A program made the position numbers and the translations under genes. A stretch of DNA of 64,000 nucleotides, taken from assembly GCA_964434195.1 (NCBI GenBank), contig CAYSUI010000004.1, positions 4,245-68,244 on the forward strand. The letters run 5' to 3'. Source of the stretch: an uncultured Candidatus Saccharibacteria bacterium. GTDB lineage: Bacteria > Patescibacteriota > Doudnabacteria > UBA920. Position 1 is the first letter of the stretch; every line of letters starts with the position of its first letter. The notes under the pieces were generated by a model. That model was not told the DNA's origin, searched no databases, and saw only the letters and a list, made by a program, of their open reading frames with translations. This document shows, in pieces, positions 53,421-63,271 of the stretch.

Positions 53421-55124
53421 CTAACTGTTCCTGAAATAACTGACGAGCGTACTCAAAGGTTCCAATACGCCATCTTTCTCATCTCGTCTCTTAATTTCCA
53501 CACTATCCTTCTCAAGACTTCTATTTGAAACAACTACCCTATAGGGAATACCAACCAAATCGCTGTCAGCAAATTTTTCTCCTGCTGTCACCCCCTCCCG
53601 ATCGTCATACAAAACTTCTACCCCTGCCTCAAGCAAATCTCTATATATCGCATCAGCCTTATCCTTTACACCCTCACCTTTACCTGAAACATAAACCAAA
53701 TGAACCCTAAATGGGGCGATACTTTCAGGCCACACAATCCCCTTTTCATCGTTATGCATTTCGACAACAGCAGCCATAGTTCTCCCAATTCCAATACCAT
53801 AACAACCCATATAATAAGGTTTTTCCTCGCCATCTATATCTGTAAAAACAGCACCCTTCATTAAGTTCGAATAATGATACCCCAATTGAAATATATTACC
53901 GACTTCTATACCCTTCTTTTCTTCATATACACCCCCATCCTCTGAGCTAGCACCTGGGTAAGCCATCGCCACATCGGCAACCATGTCGCAAGTAAAATCT
54001 CTACCATAATTTACATTTATCGTATCTGTAGTTTCTGTTTTTTGACCTCCAATCAAATTTCTTGCTTCTAATAAAACAATATCAGCTACTGTAAATACAT
54101 TTGGATAACCCCATGAATGCACATAACCAGATTTGGTTCCCAATTTTTCTAAATCCTCGTCTGTAGCATCCTCTAACTGCCCTACCGCTTTTAAAACTTG
54201 TTCTAATTTGGTTTTATTTACCTCCAAATCTCCGGTAAGAGTTACTACCACAATTTGACCACTTTTACTATTTTTATAAACGACGTTCTTTAAAAAATGA
54301 TTCTTAGTCTTTCGGTAATGCTTTTCATTTTCTTCCATATTCCTTACCCAGTCAGGTTGCTCAATAACTTCTATTGGTAATAAATCCTGACTTTTATTAG
54401 CAGGATTCCTAACAAATGTTGCCACATCCTCATGCGCTGCAGTACCTTTTTCAGTTACAAAATACCTACTCTCACCACTGTCTGACTCTACAATAAACTC
54501 ATGACAATATTCGCCACCAATATATCCATTATCAGCCAACACAGTGTCTGTTTTAAGCCCTAATCTGTGAAAAATCCTCGAATAGACTTCTTTCATTTTT
54601 TCATACTCTTCACCAAAATCCTCTTCACCTCTATGAAAAGAATACCCATCTTTCATAATAAATTCTCTCACCCGAAGTAACCCACCTCGTGCCCTTAATT
54701 CATCTCTAAATTTAGGTGAAAATTGGTATATATGAAAAGGTAAATCCTTATAACTCATTGTAAATTTTCTGACCAGATCCACAAACATCTCCTCAGCCGT
54801 TCCCCCTAAAGCGAATTTCCCGCCTCTTCTATCTTCCACTTGCATAAGCTCGAAGCCTGTAGTGTTTGTTCTATTAGTTTCCTTCCACAGTTCCAATGGA
54901 TGCAAAATAGGTGAAAGCATTTCTTGTGCACCACTTTTATCCATCTCTTCTTTTACAATGCCCATTATTTTCTCTAAGACCCTCATACCTATAGGCAAAT
55001 AATAATACCTCCCAGCTACAGATTCACGAATAAAACCAGCTTGTTTTAGCAAACGAGCTGAAATAATTGTGTCTTCCGCCGAAAAAGTTTTACTTGTTTT
55101 TAAAAAATATCTACTCTGTCTCAT
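53421..55124 (-). CDS. proS: proline--tRNA ligase
   Basis: Class II motifs and a bacterial-type insertion domain. 567 aa. Confidence 0.9.
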   Translation of the reverse strand: MRQSRYFLKTSKTFSAEDTIISARLLKQAGFIRESVAGRYYYLPIGMRVLEKIMGIVKEEMDKSGAQEMLSPILHPLELWKETNRTNTTGFELMQVEDRRGGKFALGGTAEEMFVDLVRKFTMSYKDLPFHIYQFSPKFRDELRARGGLLRVREFIMKDGYSFHRGEEDFGEEYEKMKEVYSRIFHRLGLKTDTVLADNGYIGGEYCHEFIVESDSGESRYFVTEKGTAAHEDVATFVRNPANKSQDLLPIEVIEQPDWVRNMEENEKHYRKTKNHFLKNVVYKNSKSGQIVVVTLTGDLEVNKTKLEQVLKAVGQLEDATDEDLEKLGTKSGYVHSWGYPNVFTVADIVLLEARNLIGGQKTETTDTINVNYGRDFTCDMVADVAMAYPGASSEDGGVYEEKKGIEVGNIFQLGYHYSNLMKGAVFTDIDGEEKPYYMGCYGIGIGRTMAAVVEMHNDEKGIVWPESIAPFRVHLVYVSGKGEGVKDKADAIYRDLLEAGVEVLYDDREGVTAGEKFADSDLVGIPYRVVVSNRSLEKDSVEIKRRDEKDGVLEPLSTLVSYFRNS

Positions 55125-55144
55125 AAAATTGTATTTGTTCTTTT

Positions 55145-55235
55145 GCAGTTATTTTATAGCTTTTCCGAATCTGGCTCTGCCATGTTCGGAAAAAACGACG
55201 GAAAGGAGAAGCCATGAAGAGGAAAACCGTGTTTT
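55145..55235. repeat. dispersed intergenic repeat, degenerate partial copy F
   Basis: TTTTGCAG...CCATGTTCGGAAAAAACGACGGAAAGGAG shares the CGGAAAAAACG(G/A)CG block with copy D and the TTTTGCA end with copies B and D. Confidence 0.35.
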
Positions 55236-55249
55236 CCTTTTCATAGTTT

Positions 55250-56371
55250 TTAAAAGAATCCCTTAATGTCTTTAATTGTTACTACTAACATCAAAAGAAG
55301 TAGTAATGAAAAACCAATCACATTCGCGTACTGTTCCATTTTCTGATTATTTTTTTTACCTCTAACTTTTTCAATAAGCAGAAATAAAACCCTACCACCA
55401 TCAAGCGCCGGAAAAGGAAAACTGTTCAACACACCTAAGTTTAAAGATAAAAATGCGGTAAATTGCAACAAATATATAACTCCTAGCCCTGCAACTTCTC
55501 CTGTTAACTGAGCAATCTTTACTGGTCCCCCTACACTAGACAAACCATGCCCACTAGTTATCAAATCATATAAACCATAAAATATGTTTCTAATTTGAAT
55601 CCCTGTAGTAGTGACTCCTTCATAAAATGCATACGGAAATGGATATTTTAACTTACCAACAGAAACCATACTTATACCCACCGACCCCTGTCCTTCAACA
55701 GGTTTTTCAATAGACTTTACTGATATACCTTCTTTTTTACCGCCCCTATTAATTTCAAAGCTAAATTCTTTCCCTCTATTTTTTCTTATATACTCTTGGA
55801 CATCTTCAACAACTGTAAAGGGTTTACCATCAATACTTACAATTACATCATTCGGCTTTAAGCCAGCTTTAAAGGCTGGAGAATCAGGATCCACCTCAAG
55901 AATATTAGTTTTAACGTCACTCAATTTAGCATACTTAGGTATTTTTACTGTTTCATCTATCCCAACCGGCAAACCAACCATATATCCAATAGAAATCAAA
56001 ACCCAAGCCAATATAAAATTCATTGCGACACCCGCAAGCAAGGTAACAAGTCGCGGCATAAAAGCTTTGCTTGTAAAACTCCCTGGAATTTCAGCAGCAT
56101 CATTATTCTCACCCAATATCTTAACGAATCCACCTAAGGGAATCAGGTTAAAAGAATATACCACAGCATCCTTATTAACCTCCTTAGGGTGACCAAATAA
56201 AAATTTAAATTTTCCATCAATCCTCTGAACGCCAAAAAGCCTAGGAGGAAAACCGAAGCCAAACTCTTCAACTTTCATTCCACTTTTTTTTGCAGCTATA
56301 AAATGGCCAAACTCATGCACCAGCACAAGGATAGCCAAAATAACAATAAACAATAAAGCCGTAGACAGCAT
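55250..56371 (-). CDS. rseP: RIP zinc metalloprotease RseP (site-2 protease with PDZ)
   Basis: HEFGHF, PDZ (GLKPNDVIVSIDGKP) and LDGGRVLF. Confidence 0.8.
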   Translation of the reverse strand: MLSTALLFIVILAILVLVHEFGHFIAAKKSGMKVEEFGFGFPPRLFGVQRIDGKFKFLFGHPKEVNKDAVVYSFNLIPLGGFVKILGENNDAAEIPGSFTSKAFMPRLVTLLAGVAMNFILAWVLISIGYMVGLPVGIDETVKIPKYAKLSDVKTNILEVDPDSPAFKAGLKPNDVIVSIDGKPFTVVEDVQEYIRKNRGKEFSFEINRGGKKEGISVKSIEKPVEGQGSVGISMVSVGKLKYPFPYAFYEGVTTTGIQIRNIFYGLYDLITSGHGLSSVGGPVKIAQLTGEVAGLGVIYLLQFTAFLSLNLGVLNSFPFPALDGGRVLFLLIEKVRGKKNNQKMEQYANVIGFSLLLLLMLVVTIKDIKGFF

Positions 56372-56377
56372 ACTTTT

Positions 56378-56935
56378 TTATACAGTTAATAAATCTTTTT
56401 CTTTCTCAGTAGATATTTGCTTAATTAATTCATTTTGCTTATCTACAACGTCTTGTAATTTCTTTTGAGCATGAGAGAAATCATCTTCAGAAATTTCCGC
56501 ATTTTCCTTAGCCTTCTTCAAGGCTTTCAATATCTCTTCTCTAACCTGTCTTATCCCAATCCTAGCCTGTTCAGTCATCTGTCCTAAAACTTTAACCATT
56601 TCTTTACGACGCTCTTCGGTTAAAGCAGGTACTGTTATTCTAATAACATTCCCATCATTAGAAGGATTGAGCCCTAAATTCGCCTGCTGTATACCCTTCT
56701 CTATAGCCTGCATACTCCCTTTGTCCCACGGACTAATCGTTAGAGTCTTGGCATCACTTACCGTAACACTTGCCACATGGTCCAATGGCATTTCACTACC
56801 ATAAACCTCGACTTTGACCGTTCCAAGCAACCCAGTCGAAGCCCTCCCGGTCCTAAGCCCATTAATTTCATGTTCAAAATGCCCCAAAACCTTCTCAAAC
56901 TCCTCTTTCTTCGAATTTATTATTGTATCAATCAT
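56378..56935 (-). CDS. frr: ribosome recycling factor
   Basis: Canonical Frr sequence along its whole length. Confidence 0.9.
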   Translation of the reverse strand: MIDTIINSKKEEFEKVLGHFEHEINGLRTGRASTGLLGTVKVEVYGSEMPLDHVASVTVSDAKTLTISPWDKGSMQAIEKGIQQANLGLNPSNDGNVIRITVPALTEERRKEMVKVLGQMTEQARIGIRQVREEILKALKKAKENAEISEDDFSHAQKKLQDVVDKQNELIKQISTEKEKDLLTV

Positions 56936-56939
56936 TATT

Positions 56940-57135
56940 ATCTTTTTAAATTTTCAAATTCTAGCGAGCGAAGCAATGCTAGTTCGTAATCAAAAGCAAC
57001 TCGTTGTTTTTGAGAGGGACAACATGGCAGTCGTAGTGGAAGGTTTATGGAGCCCCAAGCGAATAAACCTGTAACGAGGAATGCCATGATTGGCCCGAAG
57101 TGACAGGACCCCGTAGCATGCCGATAGGCATATGA
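56940..57135. other. GC-rich structured intergenic segment (unclassified)
   Basis: ~200 nt without an ORF. Hairpins AGGUUUAU...AUAAACCU and AUGCC-gaua-GGCAU. Much higher GC than the flanks. Confidence 0.3.
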
Positions 57136-57147
57136 CACCCAAACAAA

Positions 57148-58218
57148 CTATTCAGTAAATATCCCCGCATATACTATCTGCGGTAATTCTCTATCTACTA
57201 AAATATAGTTAATAAACCCTGAAGTAACAATACCCTGGGTCTGAAAAGATACCCCACCATCCAAAGTCTTATAAATTGTACTCCCTGCGCTTAAATAAAC
57301 TATTTTAGGGTTAGAATGAGCGAAAGCTACTGCCCTAAATTGGATATCCCCTCTTTGTATAGGAACGTTCAATTTAACCCAAGTTTTTCCACCAGTAATC
57401 GTTTTAAATACACCTTTATCCGTGGTTACATACATTTCCGCTGGATCACTGTCATTAACAGCAAACTGACTAAATATAGAAGCCCCATCTGTGGAGTTTA
57501 AATATAACCCAGAAGCATCCCCACTTTTATGAAGTATCGGTGCTGTTAATTCAGTAAAGTTTACTCCTCCGTCTGTAGAGACAAACACACCTTTAGTTCT
57601 CAAAACCACAAACATTGCTCCATTCGACCAGCTAATTCTATTAATCCTATCTTCAAAATTCCTTACCAGTACCCAATTTCTACCTCCATCAAAACTCTTT
57701 ACCAAGTTACCGGACGAAAGACCAATTGTAATTTCGCTTACATTTGAGGGATTTATCGTTACCGCACGAACAGCATTATTGGGAGCTTCCTCACTATACA
57801 TTTCTTCCCATGTCTTACCAGAATCCAAACTTCTTAAAAGCTTACCGTGATCTACCCCGAAACCTGCCGCGTATATAATTTGTTCATCTGTGGGACTAAC
57901 TGCAACGTCATACACCGCTATACGCCCAAGCACCTGCTTCCATGAACCTGCCGAATCCTCAGATTTATATAAACCACCTGTATAACTTCCTGCATATATA
58001 ACCTCGCGTTTATTATTTGCAAAAGTTAACACGGAAAAGGAATAGTCAGATAAAGTAGCCTTTTCATTACCAGAAATTACGTTTGTTGCTGACCAATCTG
58101 CCCCACCATTCGAGGTTCGGATTAATCCCGCCGGTCTCGTACTAACAAAAGGATTACACCCTGCAGCCAAAGTCGTAAGTAATCCCAAGGTTATTAAATT
58201 TTTCCAATTAAATTTCAT
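57148..58218 (-). CDS. BNR/Asp-box repeat lipoprotein (Ycf48/sortilin-like beta-propeller)
   Basis: Lipobox LAAGC. Six or more S-x-D-x-G-x-T-W-like repeats (SNGGADW, SEDSAGSW, SLDSGKTW, SFDGGRNW, STDGGVNF, TLDGGVSF). Confidence 0.6.
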   Translation of the reverse strand: MKFNWKNLITLGLLTTLAAGCNPFVSTRPAGLIRTSNGGADWSATNVISGNEKATLSDYSFSVLTFANNKREVIYAGSYTGGLYKSEDSAGSWKQVLGRIAVYDVAVSPTDEQIIYAAGFGVDHGKLLRSLDSGKTWEEMYSEEAPNNAVRAVTINPSNVSEITIGLSSGNLVKSFDGGRNWVLVRNFEDRINRISWSNGAMFVVLRTKGVFVSTDGGVNFTELTAPILHKSGDASGLYLNSTDGASIFSQFAVNDSDPAEMYVTTDKGVFKTITGGKTWVKLNVPIQRGDIQFRAVAFAHSNPKIVYLSAGSTIYKTLDGGVSFQTQGIVTSGFINYILVDRELPQIVYAGIFTE

Positions 58219-58223
58219 AATTT

Positions 58224-59051
58224 TTAAAGCAAAACTCCTTGTAAAATTAATTTTTTATTCATATTAGTTTGTGTTCGTTTTATCGCCTCTAACATCTTTC
58301 TCACCCTTTCCACCGAAGAAACATCTACCAACTCTTCTTTAAGTAAACCCAATGTTATTTCTATAACACACCTTATATCCTCACCTTCCAACATTGATAA
58401 CCTATTTAAGAGTATTAATCTTTCAAACAAACCTTTTTTCAGAACCGAGACCATCTCTTTTGCTGCAGGAAGGTATATTTTTTCATACTTTATATCCTGT
58501 ACCATCTGCATTAATCGTGAAAACGAACCTTGGCAAGCTAATATATTCTCGGGTAACACTTTAATACCCTTACTTTCTGCTAACTCATTCAATTCCAATC
58601 TATTTAATCTCGAAAAACTTAATGGTATGCATCTTGAGATTATGGTCTTTGGAATATTATAGGTATGAGAAACCAAAAAAAACACAGTCCCATTTGCCGG
58701 CTCTTCTAAAGTCTTTAACATTATGTTCATATTAGCCGTACTTATACTATCTACATTATCAATTAAAACAAAGGTATTATTTAGTTCAACCGAAGCAAAT
58801 CTCGTACTGGCTAAAAAAGAACGCAATGTATCCATAGAACCTTCATTCTCTCCATCTAACAACAACAAATCAGGATGCTCCCCAAAATTCTTTCCTGTTA
58901 AGTTTCTTACATACTCTCTAAACAAAGTCGATTTACCAACACCTTTAGGTCCAATACCTAAATAAGCATTAGAAAATCGCCTAGTCTTTTCTATTTTCGA
59001 AAAAAGACTCTTAATATAATCATGACCAACTGTATTCCACTCAATATTCAT
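58224..59051 (-). CDS. holB: DNA polymerase III delta' subunit
   Basis: AAA+ clamp-loader fold with a degenerate P-loop GIGPKGVGKST and an SRC-like motif. Confidence 0.7.
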   Translation of the reverse strand: MNIEWNTVGHDYIKSLFSKIEKTRRFSNAYLGIGPKGVGKSTLFREYVRNLTGKNFGEHPDLLLLDGENEGSMDTLRSFLASTRFASVELNNTFVLIDNVDSISTANMNIMLKTLEEPANGTVFFLVSHTYNIPKTIISRCIPLSFSRLNRLELNELAESKGIKVLPENILACQGSFSRLMQMVQDIKYEKIYLPAAKEMVSVLKKGLFERLILLNRLSMLEGEDIRCVIEITLGLLKEELVDVSSVERVRKMLEAIKRTQTNMNKKLILQGVLL

Positions 59052-59624
59052 CTATGGAGAAACCTCCAACGAACCTTTTGTGCCATCATGCTTATTAGAA
59101 AAATCAAATTTTCCAGTTCTCTGAAACATTAACTCAAATCTCTCTCCTCGCTTTATATCTTTACCGGAATCCAACTGAGGAAAATCTACAAGATTATTAT
59201 TTGTAACCCAAAGAGCTTCACTGGCACTATTTTCAAACCATACTATATCGCCCTTAGATAATCTTAAACTAGGTGGATTAAAACTGTTTCCATCAAAAGT
59301 AACTCTAAAAACCTGTGCAGATCCACCGCCTATATCTTCCTCTGAACTAAATCTCCCCTGTATCTCCTTATCTGCAACATTTGCGGCATTCTGCCCACCT
59401 GGACCATTCTCAACGCCTCCTTTCATAGCATCCAAGTTTGTATCGGTTTTTTGCTGACTTGGGTCTGTGTCATTATTTCCCTTTATTTCCCTGTTATTTA
59501 TGTTTCTAGTATCATCCCCCTTATAATCTTCCAAACTACCGCTATTTTTCCGCATAATTAAAAGACCTGCTAAAATCAGTATAATTACCAATATTACGAA
59601 TAAAATAGAGTATTTTCTTTTCAT
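59052..59624 (-). CDS. secreted hypothetical protein (N-terminal TM/signal; cupredoxin-like C-terminal beta domain?)
   Basis: 190 aa. Signal anchor and then a beta-rich domain. No family recognised. Confidence 0.4.
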   Translation of the reverse strand: MKRKYSILFVILVIILILAGLLIMRKNSGSLEDYKGDDTRNINNREIKGNNDTDPSQQKTDTNLDAMKGGVENGPGGQNAANVADKEIQGRFSSEEDIGGGSAQVFRVTFDGNSFNPPSLRLSKGDIVWFENSASEALWVTNNNLVDFPQLDSGKDIKRGERFELMFQRTGKFDFSNKHDGTKGSLEVSP

Positions 59625-59653
59625 TGCTCCCTTTATTATACAATAAATTACGT

Positions 59654-60652
59654 ATGATTAAAAAACTAAAATTTATTGGCTTAGCCATAGTAGGCCCAAC
59701 CTCAAGTGGTAAGAGCGAACTTGCGGTTACATTGGCAAAATTATTAGACACTGAAATACTCTCAGTTGATTCTAGACAAATATACAAGGGAATGGATATT
59801 GGCTCAGGAAAAGTGAGCCCCCTAATTAAAACTAATCATAGCGGGTCATCCTCGCGGAAGTTGGGATCTAAACTACCCATATCATACTTATACAAAAATA
59901 TCCCCCACTACGGAATTAACCTTTTCTCCCCAAAAAAACAATTCTCCGCAGCGGAATTCAAAAATTATGCTAAAAAAATAATCGATAAAATAACTGAGCG
60001 AAATAAAATCCCTATACTTTGTGGCGGTACCATGCACTGGATAGACGCTATCATATACAATCAAACCTTCCCAAATGTCCCCCCAAATCCAAAGCTAAGA
60101 AAGATTTTAGAAAAGGAAACTACTGAAAATTTAATACTAAAACTTTCAAAATTAGACCCAGCAAGAGCTAATACCATAGACACACAAAACAGAAGAAGGC
60201 TCATTAGGGCCTTAGAAATTGTAATCACTAGTGGAAACCCAGTCCCCACAAGAGACAAATCACAAACAAGCAACTATCTTTGGATAGGACTAAATCCAAA
60301 ACCAGAAGACCTCAAAAATAAAATATCAAAAAGACTTGAAACTAGAATACAAGAAGGATTACTAGATGAAATACAAAATTTACACAACAAAGGCCTAAGT
60401 TGGAAAAAATTAATAAATTTTGGTTTAGAGTATAAACACGGCAGTCTATTTCTCCAAAAAAAAATTGATTATGAAAATTTCGTAAGCAATCTAACAACGG
60501 ATATCCTACATTATGCCAAACGACAAATGACCTGGTGGAAAAGAAACAAAGAAATCCACTGGTTCCAAACTGCCGAGGAAGCTTTAAATTTCATTGACAG
60601 AACCCACCCACACTGGCACCATAACAAAGACGAAATTTCACACCGAGACTAA
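59654..60652 (+). CDS. miaA: tRNA dimethylallyltransferase
   Basis: The start at MIKKLKFIGLAIVGPTSSGKS is a P-loop at the canonical position. The track's 10-codon 5' extension is rejected. It has an ~25-aa insertion after the YKGMDIG motif relative to E. coli MiaA. Confidence 0.8.
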   Translation: MIKKLKFIGLAIVGPTSSGKSELAVTLAKLLDTEILSVDSRQIYKGMDIGSGKVSPLIKTNHSGSSSRKLGSKLPISYLYKNIPHYGINLFSPKKQFSAAEFKNYAKKIIDKITERNKIPILCGGTMHWIDAIIYNQTFPNVPPNPKLRKILEKETTENLILKLSKLDPARANTIDTQNRRRLIRALEIVITSGNPVPTRDKSQTSNYLWIGLNPKPEDLKNKISKRLETRIQEGLLDEIQNLHNKGLSWKKLINFGLEYKHGSLFLQKKIDYENFVSNLTTDILHYAKRQMTWWKRNKEIHWFQTAEEALNFIDRTHPHWHHNKDEISHRD

Positions 60653-60702
60653 ACATGAATTCCAAACGTCATGCGCCAACGAATTACATATTTTGTATGT
60701 AG

Positions 60703-60878
60703 TTTCGTCGATTTTTGAGTACGGCCCTGAAGCGACCGTGATTGGGAAAAAGCGAAGTATTTATGAAAGGATCCGGCATGCCGGTCCTGGAATAAAGACT
60801 ATTCCCTACGGTGAAAGGGCGTACGGAAAAAACGGCGAAAATACACAAAATATGCGATCCCGTCGCTTTTGCAAAAAC
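60703..60878. repeat. dispersed intergenic repeat, copy D (full length, with a palindromic CCGGCATGCCGG insertion)
   Basis: TCGATTTTTGAGTACGGCCCTG...CGGAAAAAACGGCGAAAATACACAAAATATGCGATCCCGTCGCTTTTGCAAAAAC. Its right end runs into the RBS of gene 60892. Confidence 0.65.
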
Positions 60879-60891
60879 TCTAGGAGGGAAT

Positions 60892-61407
60892 ATGGCATAC
60901 TGCGCCGATCTTCCTTTGGAAGTTATCAAAAAAATCCAAAAAAACTTCCAAATTTCACTACACTACGACTTACTTAGTAACTATCTTCAAGAAGCGTGTG
61001 CCCTTAAAAGCATACTTTCTTTAGAAGAAAAACTTCGAAATATAGACAACCTCGTTATGAATTATTTCCTAAATCACCCTTCCTTAAAGGAAGGACAAAG
61101 TGATGAAAACAACCCGGAAATTTATTTCAAAAAAAATGTAGCGGCTGTCTATTTCCTGCTCGCTGTAGTAAGCGGAGTAGTAGATAATTTTGCGGTAGAT
61201 GAAATGCTTATCAAACACCCTGATAATACCGCAACTAAAAACTATTATTTCCTCAGCTTGAACCGCAGAAAGGGTTCAAGGCAAAGAATCGAGCACCCAC
61301 AGAACAGAGTCGCCCAAAAAATGGGAAGAAAAGATCTAGAAAGCGAAGTCCCCAATTTAACCTCTTCCTCTACGATCCTTTCCTATCCATTTCCTATCAA
61401 CGCGTAA
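60892..61407 (+). CDS. hypothetical protein
   Basis: The track ORF starts at 60811 inside repeat D. The internal ATG at 60892 has a strong RBS (CUAGGAGGGAAUAUG), so the extension is rejected. Confidence 0.45.
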   Translation: MAYCADLPLEVIKKIQKNFQISLHYDLLSNYLQEACALKSILSLEEKLRNIDNLVMNYFLNHPSLKEGQSDENNPEIYFKKNVAAVYFLLAVVSGVVDNFAVDEMLIKHPDNTATKNYYFLSLNRRKGSRQRIEHPQNRVAQKMGRKDLESEVPNLTSSSTILSYPFPINA

Positions 61408-61434
61408 ATATCACGCGTTCTTTTTAATTTTTTC
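61399..61434. terminator. bidirectional terminator between convergent genes 60892..61407 and 61411..62235
   Basis: AACGCGU-aaauauc-ACGCGUU followed by a U-rich run. It overlaps both stop codons. Confidence 0.5.
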
Positions 61435-62235
61435 TAGATAACTCCTTGCCCCATATAGACCCCCAAAGTCTCCCAGCTTAGCTTTAATAATCTTTGGCAA
61501 GGATGGATATATAGTATTTATTTTTTTCAAATGTTTTTCAATTCCTGAGATGCTTAACTGAGCATTAATCACCACTCCGCCGCCAATAACCACTAAGTCT
61601 GGTCTCCAATGTAAAATTAAATTGTACAGTCCCATTGCCACTAGACTCTCTTCTAAATCCCAAAACTTTCTATCTTTAATAGTAGATGGAATTTTTCCCG
61701 TATTTTTAAAAATAGCTGAACCCGAAACCAACTCTTCCCAAGTTTTATTTTTTTTGTTTTCTACCAATAAAACTTGCTTACCGGGTTCAAAATTTAAATA
61801 GCTTTCAGAAGGTTTTCCTTCAACAAATCTTTTCGCACCTACCCCCGTACTTATAGTAACATAGGCAACTACCCTGGTATTATCTAAGCGCAATTTTTCG
61901 ATTTCACCTAATCCAATCATAGTGCAGTCATTTTCTAAATAAACATCGCAATTGAATTCTTTTTTAAGAATATTCAATAAATTTCTATTTTCATAATTTG
62001 GCAGATTAACTGATCTTTCTATCTTACCCTCTACAGAAATAACCCCTGCTAACCCTCCCGCTACTGCTGTTAAAAACCCACCTGATATTATGGTTTTAAT
62101 TTCTCCAACCAATTTTCTAGTCGCTTCATCAAACTTTTTCGGCGTTTTGAAAACCACAGGCTTTAACGGTAGGCTTTCATTATCATAAGCTGCAATTCTC
62201 GTAGTCGTTCCCCCAATATCAAATACTGCTTTCAT
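61411..62235 (-). CDS. ROK-family sugar kinase (glucokinase-like)
   Basis: DIGGTTTRIA N-terminus and the ROK pattern (GLGEI, ISTGVGA). Confidence 0.6.
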   Translation of the reverse strand: MKAVFDIGGTTTRIAAYDNESLPLKPVVFKTPKKFDEATRKLVGEIKTIISGGFLTAVAGGLAGVISVEGKIERSVNLPNYENRNLLNILKKEFNCDVYLENDCTMIGLGEIEKLRLDNTRVVAYVTISTGVGAKRFVEGKPSESYLNFEPGKQVLLVENKKNKTWEELVSGSAIFKNTGKIPSTIKDRKFWDLEESLVAMGLYNLILHWRPDLVVIGGGVVINAQLSISGIEKHLKKINTIYPSLPKIIKAKLGDFGGLYGARSYLEKIKKNA

Positions 62236-62244
62236 AAATACTTT

Positions 62245-63255
62245 TTAATTATTAAACTCATGCTTTGCTGTCTCAAGTAAACTAGAATCATTATTCTTCT
62301 CATTCATCCAATACCACCACTCTACACCCCATAAATAATGCCTTTCAAACCCACTCTTACGAGCATAGCTTATGTTGTCCGAAAGCATTTCGGCATTCAT
62401 TAATTCCTTCTGTCTTGGTATTGGCGTAAGCAGTACGTCAGTTGCAAACCAGGGTTCTGCTTGAAGCTCAACACCATATATATTTGTTTGCCCAACGAAA
62501 GCATTAAGCATCCCAGCTTTTAACCTAAAGAATAATGGTGGTAAATGGTATGAGTAATATCCAATCTTAGGATTATGCACAACCCTGTACATCGTAGTTC
62601 CAAAATAATCTGCACCAGATTTTGCAGTAGGTATCCACCTACCCAGCTCTCCACTATCAGTAACTATTATCTTTCTATTATCCTCACCTCTTACCCATCC
62701 AATTTCCTCCGACAATTGTTCAGTGTTTATTTTGGGACAATCCGGACCAAAACCAAATATTGGCTCATTTTCCACTTGCCAAAATTCCACTGAAGCATAG
62801 CTTTTAAAATGTCTAACCGACTCCACAATATAATTCTTAAGCAAATTCTTTTGCTCCTCACCAGAGAGCGATTTAACCCATACAGGAACATGGCACTCCG
62901 GCCACCTAGGCTGTTTTTTTCCAACAACTAAAATCACTTTCGCGTCATTCTGACTAGCTATTTGTAATTGATAATCTAAATCTGAAAAATCAAAAACCCC
63001 TCTCTGCCTTTCGACGTCATCCCAATAAATAGGGAGTCTGAGATACTTGGGTTTTAGATCCGTAAATACATCTGAATAGATTTTCTTCCAATCCATACCT
63101 AAATAGGTAACATGCCTCGACGAAAAATTAATACCTAAATCAGATTTTTCAACCGGATCAAATTGAGAATACAAAAAAATTAAAAATCCAAAAATACCCA
63201 AAAACAAAATCCCAATTATTAAATACAATTTTCTTATTTTATTTTTGTTTTTCAT
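62245..63255 (-). CDS. membrane-anchored glycoside hydrolase (TIM-barrel, GH5-like clan GH-A)
   Basis: N-terminal TM, then a catalytic domain with the WQVENEP (NEP acid/base) motif. Confidence 0.45.
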   Translation of the reverse strand: MKNKNKIRKLYLIIGILFLGIFGFLIFLYSQFDPVEKSDLGINFSSRHVTYLGMDWKKIYSDVFTDLKPKYLRLPIYWDDVERQRGVFDFSDLDYQLQIASQNDAKVILVVGKKQPRWPECHVPVWVKSLSGEEQKNLLKNYIVESVRHFKSYASVEFWQVENEPIFGFGPDCPKINTEQLSEEIGWVRGEDNRKIIVTDSGELGRWIPTAKSGADYFGTTMYRVVHNPKIGYYSYHLPPLFFRLKAGMLNAFVGQTNIYGVELQAEPWFATDVLLTPIPRQKELMNAEMLSDNISYARKSGFERHYLWGVEWWYWMNEKNNDSSLLETAKHEFNN

Positions 63256-63271
63256 TTTCCAAAAAATAGTT

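Noticed and set aside
60811-60891. 5' extension of ORF 60811..61407
   Set aside because: It lies inside repeat copy D. A strong RBS precedes the ATG at 60892.
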